This document shows positions 1-12,384 of a stretch of DNA of 64,000 bases, piece by piece. The position numbers and the translations under genes were made by a program. Source of the DNA: Squalus acanthias (taxonomy: Eukaryota). Numbering within the stretch: the stretch's first letter is position 1; each line of letters opens with the position of its first letter. The DNA is taken from positions 97,404,001 to 97,468,000 of the forward strand of contig CM059432.1 in the NCBI GenBank assembly GCA_030390025.1, written 5' to 3'. The notes beneath the pieces are model-generated. The model did no database searches, was not told where the DNA came from, and saw nothing but the letters and a program-made list of their open reading frames with translations.

Positions 1-81
1 GGTCACATATAGTTTGACCTGTCGTAAGCAACATGGATATCTGTTATTTGAAATGTTGGCATAATGCTTCATATCATAGCT

Positions 82-2852
82 CAACAACAACAACAACTTG
101 TATTTATATATTGCCTTTAATGTAGTAAAATGTCCCAAGGCGTTTCACAGGAGTGTTATAAGACAAAAAACAGGAGAAAGTAGGGCAGGTGGCCAAAAGC
201 TTGGTCAAAGAGGTAGGTTTTAAGGAGCGTCTTAATGGAGGAAAGAGAGGTAGAGAGGCGGAGAGGTTTAGGGGGGGAATTCCAGAGCTTAGGGCCTAGA
301 TAGCTGAAGGCACGGCCACCGATGGTTGAGTGATTATAATCAGGGATGCTCAAGAGGGCAGAATTAGAGGAGCGCAGATATCTCGTGGGGGTTTTGGGAG
401 GAGATTACTGAGATAGGGAGGGGTGAGGCCATGGAGGGATTTGAAAATAAAGGATGAGAATTTTGAAATCGAGGCGTTGCTTAACCGGGAGCCAATGTAG
501 GTCAGTGAGCACAGGGGTGATGGGTGAACGGAACTTGGTGCGAGTTAGGACACGGGCAGCTGAGTTTTGGATGACCTCAAGTTTATGTAGGGTAGAACAT
601 GGGAGGCCAGCCAGGAATGCATTGAAATAGTCAAGTCTAGAGGTAACAGGCATGGATGAGGGTTTCAGCATCAGATGAGGCAGGGGCAGAGATGGGCGAT
701 GTTACAGAGGTGGAAATAGGCGGTCTTAGTTAGGCTGCGGATATGTGATCAGAAGGTAATTTCAGGGTCAAATATGACAAAAAGGTTGCGAACAGTGTGG
801 TTCAGCCTCAGACAGATGTTCGGGAGAAGGATGGAGTCAGTGGCAAGGGAACGGAGTTTGTGGCGGGGACTGAAAACAATTTGGAGAAAATTTCTACTCA
901 TCCAGTACTGGATGTCGGACAAGCAGTCTGACAATTTAGAGACTGTGGAGGGGGCCGAGAGACGTGGTGGTGAGGTAGAGCTGGATGTCGCCAGCGTACA
1001 TGTGGAAATTGATGCTGTGTTTTCGGATGATGTCACCATGGGGCAGCATGTAGATGAGAAATAGGAGTGGGCCAAGGATAGATCCTTGGGGGACACCAGA
1101 GGTAACGATGCGGGAGCAGGAAGAGAAGCCATTGCAGGTGATTCTCTGGTTACGATTAGATAGATAAGAATGGAACCAGGCGAGTGCAGTCCCACCCAGC
1201 TGGACGACGTTGGAGAAGGATGGAGTGGTCAACCGTGTCAAAGGTTGCAGACAAGTCGAGAAGGACGAGGAGGGATAGTTTACCTTTGTCACAGTCACAA
1301 AAGATGTCATTTGTGACTTTGATGAGAGCCATTTCGGTACTTTGGCAGGGGTGGAAACCTGATTGGAGGGATTCAAACATGGAGTTCTGGGAAAGATGGG
1401 CATGGATTTGGGAGGCGACAATATGTTCAAGGACTTTGGAGAGGAAAGGGAGGTAGGAGATGGGATGGTAGTTTTCAAGGACGGAGAGGTCAAGGTTTGG
1501 TTTTTTGAGGAGAGGGGTGATGATGGTAGATTTGAAGAGAGGGGGACAGTACCTGAGAGAGAGAATCGTTAACAATGTCTGCTAACATGGGAGCCAGCAA
1601 AGGAAGTTAGGTGGTCAGCAGTTTGGTGGGAATAGGGTTGAGGGAGCAGGAAGTGGGTCTCATGGACAAGATGAGCGCGGAGAGGTCATGAGGGGAGATT
1701 GGAGAGAAATTGGAGAAAGATACGACTTCAGAGCTAGGGCAGGGGGGAACCTTAGAGGAAGTTTGGCTCGGTGGGCTAGGGGAAGGAAGGGAAGTGGCAG
1801 AGGCAGCTGAACAGATGGTCTCAATCTTAGAGACAAAGAAGTCCATGAGCTCCTCACACTTGTTGTTGGAGGTGAGGATGGAAGAGATGGGGAGAGGGGT
1901 TTAAGAAGACGGTTATCAGTAGAGAATAGAAATCGGGGGTTACCTTTGCATTCCAAAATGATCCTGGAATAGTGAGCAGTTTTGGCAGACGTGAGCAGGA
2001 CCCGATAATGCTTTATGTGGTCCACCCAGATCTGACGGTGAATGGCTCAACCAGTTGTCTGCCATATCCATTCAAGTTTGCGTCCCTTGGACTTAAGGGA
2101 GCAATGATGAGGGCCCTACCAGGGGGATAGCCAGGGTAACAGAGAGTAATAGTGGTGGTGAGGGTGTGGTTAAGCAGATCGGTAGCTGCAGAAATGTCAT
2201 GGTGAATGGAGGGCCAAAAGCTGGACAGTTGGGATTTCGTAAGTGCAGTTGTAAGAGAGTTGGGAGAGAAATTTTCCGGGGGTGGACACAGAAGGAAGTA
2301 AGATTGGAGGGGGGTGGGAAGTGGGATGTGGGTGGAGAGCAATACAAGGAAATGGTCAGAGATGGCCTTATCTGCGATTGATACGATGGGAGTAGCGAGG
2401 CCACATGAGATAGCAAGGTCGAGGGGGTGGCTGTGAATATGGGTTGGGGAGTTTACATGGAGGTAGAGATTAAGGGAGAATAGGAGGGTAGTGAACTTAG
2501 AGGAGAGAGAGCATGATGAATTGAGATGGAGGTTGAAATCACAGAGGATGAGAAGTTGCCCAGTGTAGAGACTGAGGGAGGAAAGCAGTGAAGATATCTC
2601 GGTGATAACATTTTTATGGTACTTGGGTGGGCGGTAGTGAACGAGAATTTTAAATGAGAGGTGAGAGAGTTGGAATAAGGTGAGATGCTCAAAGGAGGAG
2701 AAAGTGCCAGAGAAATAGGGGGACAGACCAAGTGTGATTTGGTGATGAGAGCCACACTGCCACCACAATGGTTTAGGTGGGGCAAGTGGTGGAAGGTATT
2801 GCTAGGCAGGGAGGCTTCATTTAAGGGTAAGGTGTCATCACCTCTCAACCAA
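82..2852 (-). mobile_element. L2-clade LINE, 5'-truncated, frameshifted (APE endonuclease part plus RT plus 3' tail)
   Basis: Minus-strand ORF pieces carry APE motifs (HYRPP, CDFNLH, SDHF) and RT motifs (QSGF, LLDLSATFDTVDH, GVPQGSILGPLLF, YAGD for YADD). L2 C-terminus LHWLPVKQR...GGRAFS. (CAA)n tail at 82-97. Confidence 0.93.
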
Positions 2853-3289
2853 ACTGATTTATTAAAAGGAATTTCATGTGCTCTAAGGCAATGCTGAGAG
2901 CACATAAACCCCTCCACACTAGATGACTTGGGCTCCGACTTATACTTCCTAGCAACAGACTGAATACTCCTTATCCCTATTAAACCACCAGGGACTGTAC
3001 AGAGGTGTCACTACCTGTGGAGTACATACAGTGCTCCCAATTAGGGAATCAATAACATCCTGAAAGCAATGCTGACTTTAGTGTCGATATTGCAGGGCCT
3101 TTTCTATAGCACTGATCATCCATGCATGCGTGTTTCAAAATTCATTACAAATCTCAGACTTGATCTCAACTGGATCAAGTTCAGATTTTCCAAATCAATC
3201 TAAAGAGGCTTAATTTGAAATAACAACAGAAAATGCTGGAAACACTCAGCAGGCCAGGCAGCATCCGTGGAGAGAGAAACAGAGTTAAT

Positions 3290-4146
3290 GGGCTGGATTT
3301 TGAATCTGGGGTCGGGTTGGGGTCAGGAATCACACATTCTGGCTTGTGAACCCGCCTCCATCGAGATGTGGCCAACCCACTGTATTTTCCCTTGATTGAC
3401 CTTGTTGAGCCCGCCCAGTGGGCTCAGCAGACCAATTAAGGGCCACTCGGCAACAGGTGACATCACAGACTGACATTTCATCGGTCAAGAGCTTTTGACA
3501 GATGAAATATCAGCGTTTGACAGCTCTGTGAAGCTGTCAAACACTCACAATATGATTTCTAACTTCAGTCCTGCCTCTCAGGCTGAATTAGAAATCATTC
3601 CAGCACAGAAAACAGAAGGCTGCAGTTTCTGACAGAACCATGGCTTTCCTGCTTTCTGTGCCAGGTGAGATTTCTAACTCCCGAGGACTGAAGGGCTGAC
3701 ACCTGCAGGAGGAAGTTAAGGTAAGTAAAACTTTTTCCAACACTTAGCACTTACCTTACACACTTACCTCCGCACACATGCACCCATCACTCACCTGCCC
3801 ACCGGACTTATCGACCCCTGCAACCCCTGCAGACCCACGGCCCGCCCCAATAACTTGGCGTGGTTGCCACCTGTCGGGAAGCCCACACTTTTCTTTTTAA
3901 AATAGGGATTATGCAAAAAACTGCCTGTTAACTAGCTGTTAACAGGCAGTTAATTGTCACTAATCCCTTCCCGACTCGGGGAGTCGGGTCTCAGAACAGG
4001 TCGGGTACCCGCCGCCAGAGAAACTGGCATGGAGGCGGGTTGGAGGTGGGATGGGGTCGGGACCCCCGAATCTGCAACTCTAACCCACGCCCCCCCCCAC
4101 CTCCCGCCTCCAAACCCGACTCCACGGGTCATTGAAAATCCAGCCC
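3290..4146. mobile_element. Harbinger-type MITE, family 1 (GGGCTGGATTTT TIR)
   Basis: 16-bp TIR with 1 mismatch (gggctggattttgaat / attgaaaatccagccc). AAT TSD at 3287-3289 and 4147-4149. Confidence 0.9.
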
Positions 4147-4347
4147 AATGTTTCAGGTCTGGGACCCTTCTTCAGAACTGGAAAAGGCTAGAGATGTCAC
4201 AGATTTTAATCAGGTGCAGAGGCAGAGGTGAGGCGGGGGGGGGGGGGGGGGGGCGGCGGGCGTGGAGGGGAGGAAGGAATTGAAGGAATAGTCTGTGCTA
4301 AGGTAAGAGGCAGGAAAGATAAAATGTTGCAAATGGGGATAGCAAAA

Positions 4348-5094
4348 TCATAGTCTGAAATTGTTGAACTCAATGTTGAGTCCAGAAGGTTGTAAAGTGC
4401 CTAATTGAAAAATGAGGTGCTGTTCCTCGAGCTTACATTGAGCTTCATTGGAACAGTGTAATAGGCCGAGGACAGAGAGATCAGAGTGGGAGTGAAGCGG
4501 AGAATTAAAGTGACAGGCGACCAGAAGCTCAGGGCCACCCTTACGGACTGAACGGAGGTGTTCCGCAAAGCGGTCGCCCAATCTGCGTTTGGTCTCCCCA
4601 ATGTAGAGGAGACCGCATCGTGAGCAGCGAATACAGTATACTAAATTGCAAGAAGTACAAGTGAATCGCTGTTTCACCTGGAAGGGGTGTTTGGGGCCCT
4701 GGACAGTGGGAAGGGAGGAGGTAAAAGGGCAGGTGTTGCATCTCCTGCGCTTGCACGGGAAGGTACCGGGCGAAGGGGAAGGGGTGTTGGGGGTGATAGA
4801 GGAATGGACCAGGGTGTCACAGAGGGAGTGGTCCCTTTGGAATGCTGAAAGGGGAGGTGAGGGGAAGATGCGTTTGGTGGTGGGATCACGCTGGAGGTGG
4901 CGGAAATGGTGGAGGATGATCCGTTGAATGTGGAGGCTGGTGGGGTGAAAGGTGAGGACAAGGGGAACCCTATCGTGGTTCTGGGAGGGAGGGGAAGGGG
5001 TGAGAGCAGAAGTGCGGGAAATGGAACGGACACGGTCAAGGGCCGTGTCAACCACAGTAGAGGGGAATCCTCGGTTGAGGAAAAAGGAAGACAT
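4348..5094 (-). CDS. Penelope RT thumb plus GIY-YIG endonuclease, C-terminal 248 aa, uninterrupted
   Basis: CxxxRCNTC linker, LVYCIRC..YIGETKRRL..RFAEH, EQHLIFQLGTLQPSGLN. Confidence 0.85.
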   Translation of the reverse strand: MSSFFLNRGFPSTVVDTALDRVRSISRTSALTPSPPSQNHDRVPLVLTFHPTSLHIQRIILHHFRHLQRDPTTKRIFPSPPLSAFQRDHSLCDTLVHSSITPNTPSPSPGTFPCKRRRCNTCPFTSSLPTVQGPKHPFQVKQRFTCTSCNLVYCIRCSRCGLLYIGETKRRLGDRFAEHLRSVRKGGPELLVACHFNSPLHSHSDLSVLGLLHCSNEAQCKLEEQHLIFQLGTLQPSGLNIEFNNFRL

Positions 5095-5978
5095 GTCGGA
5101 AGCACTGGCTTAATTCCAGTCTGCTTCAGACTCAATGCTCATCCCTATGAGATAAGGAAGTACTGAACCCTTAGATTCCTGACAGGCTCTGGGAATCTCC
5201 AGGTTTTTTTGCAGAACCATTTTTGTTAAAATTTTCAGCCGACATTAAAACAAACACTAATGTCAGGAATTGCTTTCTTACTGTAATATTAACCTTATAC
5301 AGCTAAGATAAACAGTTAAAGAACAACTTGAATTGAAAATGTTAAACCTTTTACCTCCATTTGCAGTGCTTCACTTTTCCTCCTATTCACTCTTGTTTCC
5401 CCTTCTCCTGTTATTTCATTTTTGTTATTTTAACTTCATTGTACCTTCCAAGAATACTCATCCCAAGTATTCTAGTATATATATATATATATTTCATTTT
5501 TTTTTGAAAAAATGGTAAAAACACTGCTTACTTTCCTAAGATCTTAGGCTCCATTGTTCATTTTGGAGGAGGGAGGAATTTATGAGGCTAGTTTTTCAAT
5601 GCAATACATGGCATCAGTCTAAAGATTGACATATTTATGTCACAGATGTGATTGGGTAATTTAATATTTGATGGATTTTTATACATCAAACCAGGACTGC
5701 AAAATGAGTTATCTTGTTGGCTGCTCAATGACCCTGATCATGGTGATAGGCTGAATCTAAATAATACATCTTGTGAGATCATCTATGTATTGTCACCACA
5801 GTTGCTTTGAGCAGCAGCTTCTGAGTCACACTCACCAATCTGATGAGTTACTGCTAATATTATTTTGCTGATTTGTTATTTGACAGGCATTCCGGTGTAT
5901 AGGTTGCACCATCCTGCATCTACATTATATAAACCTATACAAATGATTGTACTTGTGGAAAGATTAAGGAAAAATTAT

Positions 5979-6432
5979 AGCCGAGAAATCCGCCTGTTTT
6001 TTCGGACGCTAATGTGCCTACTGAGCCCCTAGAATGACGGATAGGAAGTACGTGCACATTTCTGGACGGAAGTGTGCCGCCTGCTATATTGGGACAGAAC
6101 CAAAAAAAATCACCGTGCAGTACCCATGCCTGAAACAGGCGTTAAGCCCTTTGCATATGCAAATAAAGGGCTTAACATCTATCTGAAGCCACCACTGCAA
6201 GATTGGTTTGCCCTAAGTGCACTCAAGAAAACCAGACTTGAAACCATTTGTTAGGCCGCAACCAACAATGTAGGTTTTCGATATATACTTACCTGAATGT
6301 GGCGCTGGGACTGCTCCTCCTGACCCCACATTTAAAGAATGGGCGGCACTACCCTGCCCAGGCCTCCGATCTCTGCCCCCACACTCCTCCCACTCCCCCC
6401 CACCCCACCCTATGGTATAATTCCCAGGCACA
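5979..6432. mobile_element. Decayed Harbinger-type MITE, related in reverse orientation to 61421-62107
   Basis: Degenerate GCCNAGAAAT end. Shared tgcctgaaacagg, atgcaaat, acttacctg and ctgctcctcct blocks. Ends approximate. Confidence 0.45.
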
Positions 6433-6966
6433 TCCACCCAGAGAGCTCTTGATAGGAGCAGCAGAAGTTATTTCTGCTGAGCTCAGGTGTAGGACTAGTC
6501 CTGGGCCTTAAAAAGGCTCCAACAAAGAGGAGGGATTGATTACAGTTGAATAGCTGACCTGCATATCAGGAGCAATGATTAAAAATATTTTTTATGCATT
6601 TCTTCTTGGGCCTTTAACTCCCCCTCTTGAAATAGCATGGTGCCACACCAAGATCTGAAGGGGTAATTACTAGTCCTAGCCCCTTTAGGGCTACCCCGGA
6701 TCAGGCGTATTTCTCAGACGTTCACTTTCAACTAAAGTTTGAGGTAGCTGAATCCTAAATTGGGTGTAAAGGTCCGGACTATCTCTCCCTAAAGGAAAGG
6801 AACAACCTGTAAATGTTACCGTCCTCCAGATAGCACTTTTAATAAGTTTAGCTAGACTGTAACGTTCTGGATATTATGAGGGTCTGGAAAACTCCCCCAG
6901 AATTCTGCAACTCCTCACCAAAGAGTGTACAGAGATTGAGTTTGCGAGTTTGATACAGAAGTATTA

Positions 6967-7774
6967 TGTGAGACAATTCTAAAAATATATAGATTTATTA
7001 AAGAACCGACATGTAATTTACAGTTGGTGAGTCAATCGCAACATTAACAGTTCCAAAAAGAGAAAGCTTTACAATCTTATTATCAGAGATCCTTACTCTC
7101 AAATCTTAACTTCACTACAGTTTTACAGTTCTTAAAGTTTTGTACAGGATATCCACCAAAATCAAATACAGTACCTTTGATCCCCGAGGTACAAAGAGTT
7201 GGAGACTTACAGAGCTGCCTCTGAAGCCTGAGAATCACTTTGCCCCTTTACACCGAATCTCCTATCCCATTTGAAAGTTCAATATTTATATCCTTTTTCA
7301 GTGGTATTTCCTTTAAGGTTTTCTGCTGATGTAAGCTAATTATCTCTAGTCATTTTTCTGCTGACCCCTGCAATTCTTTGTCACCTCAGCTGGTAGCAAT
7401 ACAGAATCATGTCTCATCTCTAGGTGTTCTAAGTTTACCATAAAAAATGGTATAACAGCAGGTGCATTTTTTACTTGATGTCATTTTTACGAAGGCACAT
7501 GTTTGTGCTTCTTTACAAAGTGTAAATTAGAACACCTTATACAGGGTGAACTATTGTCTTGTTCCCAAAGGTTCAGACTGTCAGGAGCCTTTAACCTTCT
7601 GTTTCAATAAGGTTATTGATTCAGTGTCAACAACTATCTTATCTCAATAGCCAGAATGCTGTCACAGTTTTTCCATAGTTTGGGTTTCCCAGTTTGTCAT
7701 GTTTTAATAAGGCCAGAATTCTTTCATAGAATGGTGTATTTTTCTGAATAGGTTATATGGCTTATTCCTTCACA
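6967..7774 (-). mobile_element. Possible solo LTR
   Basis: TGTGA...TCACA ends. On the minus strand TATAAAT (~7290) precedes AATAAA (~6999). TSD not preserved. Confidence 0.3.
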
Positions 7775-9673
7775 GATCAGCCTCCTCCATGGGTCGGGCA
7801 TCCTGATCCACTGCTACAGGCATGGGTACCTGCCCAGAATATTTAAATGACCCCATCTCCAGGACTTAGGGCAGTCATGAGTTGGTCACAGTGGTGACCA
7901 GAAGTGCTGTCCATCGCACTTCTGCCCCTTCCAAATAAATTACAAGATTTTGATCCGATTATGTTTTGCTCGTCCATAGTGTCACACCTTTCAAGGTTAT
8001 CACATCTAAAAGTTTGGCCTCAGAAATGATTTATTTCAGGGCACACTCAACTAGAGGACAAAAAATATGATCCAATAGACTAAATATGCATAAATCAAAA
8101 ATAGCAAAAAGTATAATGAAAATAATTAACCACCAGAAAACCAAGCGCACCTGAATCCTACAATTTTTTTAAAGTTATGATTCATCAACCAGCAAGTACT
8201 AGAAAAGCCAACTGTTCAAATACTTTTGACCACTATTTTCTTTCTTCACTCAGGTCAGTATGAACAGGTGACAATGACATTTATAACATAACAAACAATA
8301 GAATTACAGTGTTGATAGTAAATCATCAAACATACTTCCAAAAGAACTTTCTCCTTCTGTCTAGGACCTGGAGCTTGAGTTGTATTTTCCCCTTAGATCT
8401 TGAATATTGGAGATTTTCATCTGCTGCAAAAAAATTGTGTGAGAGAAAAAATGTATCATGAGAGTTGGAGGTGTAAATGTTTGCCTTTTAATGGATAGAA
8501 CATTGTGGGATGCACACCTGAATTCCCAATATGGAGATGTAAATTTGACCTGAAGTTTTCATCATGTTTCTCTGCTACGACAATACCTAGAGTGTGCTTT
8601 AACATTCACGCAGAAAACTTACAAGCAACTCAGGAGACACAACTGTTTGGAAAAGAAAACACACACACACCAAAAAAAAGTCAGCATTTTTCAAAGAATT
8701 CAAAAGTTAACCCCATTGTTTGGGTTGAGACTTCTTTTGTACGCCTAAATCCAATAGGAACAAAAAAGACTTGTGAGGAACATTGAAGCAGCAATCAAAA
8801 ATCATTCAAATTAGATTCATGGGGGAGTGTAGGAAGCTAACTGGATCCCAGATGGGATGATCATAGGGCAGAGAAGAAAGTCAGCAGGTGAATTTGGACA
8901 CAGAAACCCAAAGCAATATAGATGTACCACACTCCAGGAAAAATCAGACATAGGGAGAAATAAAATGGAGGTTGGATGTTGATACATGAATGCTAGAAGC
9001 ATTAAAAAGATGTCAGAACTGTAAGTTGTTATGGCAGTAGGGAACTTGTGGGTATATCAGAAATATGGCTAAAACCAGAGGATAAAATCATCATACAATC
9101 ATAGAATGATACAGCATAGAAGGAGGGCATTCGGCCCATTTTGCCTGTCCCGGTTCTTTGGCAGAGCTATCCAATTAATCCCACTCCCTGCTCTTTCCCC
9201 ATAGCCCTGTATTTTTTTTTCCTTCAAGTATTTATCTAATTCTCTTTTGAATGATGTTATTGAATCTGCTTCCACCATCCTTTCAGACAATGCATTCCAG
9301 ATCACAACAACTCGCTGTGTAAAAAAAATGTTCCCTCATGTCGCCTAAGGTTCTTTTGCCAATCAACTTAAATTGGTGTCCTCTGGATCCCACCCCTCTG
9401 TCACTGGAAACAGTTTCTCTTTATTTACTCTATCAAAACCATTCATGATTTTGAACACCTCTATCAAATCTTCTCTTATCCTTCTCTGCTCTAAGGAGAA
9501 CAACCCCAGCTTCTCCACATAACTGAAGTCCCTTATCCTTGGTACCATTCTAGTAAATCTCTTCTGTACTCTCTCTAAGGCCTTGACATCCTTCCTAAAT
9601 TGTGGTGCCCAGAATTGAAAACAAAACTCCAGCTGAGGCCCAACCAGTGTTTTATAAAAGTTTTGTACTCTAT

Positions 9674-9968
9674 GGGCTGGATTTTGTCTTGGAGTTGGGT
9701 TGAGGTCGTGTCATCCGCATTTCGTGTCCCCACCCCCGACTCCAGATTAATGTGGATGAATGATGCTATTTTCACTTAATTGGGCAATTGAGTTCCAGCA
9801 TGTGGGAACCCATGAACTAATTAGTGGTTTCAGTCTGAAAGTTGCCTCTGATGATGTCATCATTGCTGCTGCATTGCAGGTCAGAGACTGACTGGATGTT
9901 GGTGAGAGAGGACCTGCCTGGCTTTTGCTGTGAGTGGACCTGGATGCAATATATATATGAATATGACA

Positions 9969-10009
<41 letters not shown>

Positions 10010-10032
10010 AGAGTGAGAGAGAGAGAGAGAGA

Positions 10033-10067
<35 letters not shown>

Positions 10068-10539
10068 AGAGAGAGAGAGAGAATATGTCCTTTCACAGCA
10101 AAGGCTGTGCAGTCTCTAAAGACAATGCAGCAGCATCAGAGGCGACTTTCAGACCTAATACTACTACTACCTTCATCACTACTACCTTCATCACATCTCC
10201 GTTGCAATAGTGGACCTGCAGCTGATAGTCAGCTATCCACTGCTCCCGCCAGGTTTCACTGGAGTGTTTCACATCAGGCGTACTTCACGTCAGAAAAGGG
10301 TTAAACTAGCTAAAACGTTTCAAAATGGCATTACAGAGCCAATTTAGGGCTTGTTAAGGGCTTTAATGGCCTCTCCCGCCTCTTGGAGGTGGGACGGAGT
10401 CGGGAACCCCGCGACTGATTTTGTCAAAATTGTGTGGAGGCGGGATGGAGTCAGGATGGGGTCGGGACCCCCGACCCCGCAAATTTAACCCCCCACACGC
10501 CTCCGAACCCGACTCCACGGGTCATTCAAAATCCAGCCC
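9674..10539. mobile_element. Harbinger-type MITE, family 1
   Basis: gggctggattttg / caaaatccagccc TIR. TAT TSD at 9671-9673 and 10540-10542. Confidence 0.9.
9968..10082. repeat. (GAGAGT)n/(GA)n microsatellite inside MITE
   Basis: Read directly from the sequence. Confidence 0.95.
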
Positions 10540-11285
10540 TATACCTCTATTAATAAAGCCAAGGATCCCATATGTTTTTTTTAACAGCCTTCTCAACTTG
10601 TTCCACCACCTTCAAAGATTTGTGTACATACATCCCCAGGTCTCTCTGCTCTAAATCTAGTCTTGCGTGCTTGCAATTAGCATTTAACTTAAATTTACTG
10701 TTTCAAGTTTTAAGTTTCTTCCAGGCTTGGGCAGGGGTAAGCAAGCTCTGTGCTGGAGAGCAGGTGAGATTAGTTAATTAATTAACTGGTCTAATCTGGT
10801 TCTGTAACTGCCAGAGAGCTCACTCATCTAAACCTCAGAAGTATAAATAAGGGAGGCTAGAGTGTAGCTTGGAACAGAGTGTAAACCTGTGAGTTTGGTG
10901 AGTAAGGGAGCTCGGTGAGGAGGGGAGGGGAGGGGAGGCGGTGCTCCTTTCTTCTTTTTCTATCTTTATCAGCCTCCAGGAGAGCAGGAGTTAAAAAGCT
11001 GCATGAGAGGGGACAGAGAACCAGTGGGAGTTCGGCTCTGTGAAACCCCCCAACCGCATTTGGAGAAAAATTAAAAGTGACATCACAGGGAAAATGATAA
11101 GTGATTGGTTGGTGAGTATTTTGCTCACTTATCCTTTAAAAGCCCAGGTAATTTATTAGTAATTGTAAGGTTTCATTAGTATTAGTAAAGTTTACTAGCA
11201 GTAATAAATCTTTATTGGATGTAGTAGGGGTTATTAATTATTAATGATTAATTAATTAAACTAAATTAATTAAGACACAATAAAG

Positions 11286-12208
11286 ATGACAGGGCAGTTG
11301 ATGTGTTGCAACTGCAGGATGTGGGAGCTCCTGGACACCAGTGTGATCCAGGACGAACACGTCTGCGGTAAGTGTCTGTGGCTCGAGGAGCTTTGGCTCA
11401 GAGTTGATGAGCTGGAGGCCGAGCTGCAGACACTGCGATGCATCAGGGAGGTGGAAAGTTAACTGGAAACTTTATTCCAGGAGGCAGTCACACCCCTTAG
11501 GATAGGGTCTTCTGATTTGGTCAGTGGTCAGGGACAGGAGGATGTGACTGCAAGTGAGGCAGGTATGGGGACCCAAGAGGTGGAGGAGCCTCAGCCTTTG
11601 CAATTGTCCAACAGGTTTGAGGTTCTTGCGGCCTGTATGGATGCAAGCAATGGCTGCAGGGTGGATGAGCAAACTGACCATGGCACCGTGGCACAGGAAA
11701 CCATTCAAGTGGGGGGGGGGGGGGGCAGTTAATAGGAATGTAGTGGTAATAGGGGACAGAGCAAGACTCCAGACGGCTGTGTTGCCTGCCCGGTGCCAGG
11801 GTTCAGGACATCTGCTCTGGGCTGGAGAGGAACTTGCAGTGGGAGGGGGAGGAGCCAGTGGTCATGGTCCACGTAGGTACCAACGACATAGGTAGAACTA
11901 GGAAAGAGGTTCTGCTGAGAGAGTATGAGTAGCTAGGGGCTAAATTAAAAAGCAGAACCTCAAGGGTAATAATGTCTGTATTATTACCTGAGACACGAGC
12001 AAATTGGCATAGGGTAAATAAAATTAGAGAGATGAAAGCGTGGCTCAAAGACTGGTGTGGGAGAAATGGGTTTTGATTCCTGGGGCACTGGCACCAGTAC
12101 TGAGGATAGTGGGATTTGTATCATTGGGACGGACTTCACCTGAACTGTGCTGGGACCAGTGTTCTGGCAAGTCATATAACTAGGGTGGTAGAGAGGGCTT
12201 TAAACTAA
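11286..12208 (+). pseudogene. CR1 ORF1 (zinc finger/leucine zipper plus SGNH/GDSL esterase), disrupted
   Basis: MTGQLMCCNCRMW...VCGKCLWLEELWLRVDELEAEL, VVVIGD, VHVGTNDIG, DGLHLN. Several stops and frameshifts. Confidence 0.8.
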
Positions 12209-12384
12209 ATAGTGGGGGCAAGGGATCAAATTTGGGAAGATGTGGTAAATCAAAGAGTAGAGACAAGGCAAGAGTGAAAACCATTAATATGGGAAATGAT
12301 AAACAGACCGTGACAGGCAGGGATAGAGAGTACAAATCTAAGAGTAAATCAACAGATAAGGCTAGAGGTTACAAAAATAATAAA

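Larger units (their letters stand above)
3214..5108 (-). mobile_element. Penelope-like element, 5'-truncated, interrupted by a MITE in its 3' terminal repeat
   Basis: GIY-YIG ORF at 4348-5094. Terminal repeat at 3214-3289 and 4147-4172 matches the copy at 30975-31112. Confidence 0.9.

Noticed and set aside
9881..10210. SLSLSH / RERERV ORFs
   Set aside because: Translations of the microsatellite.
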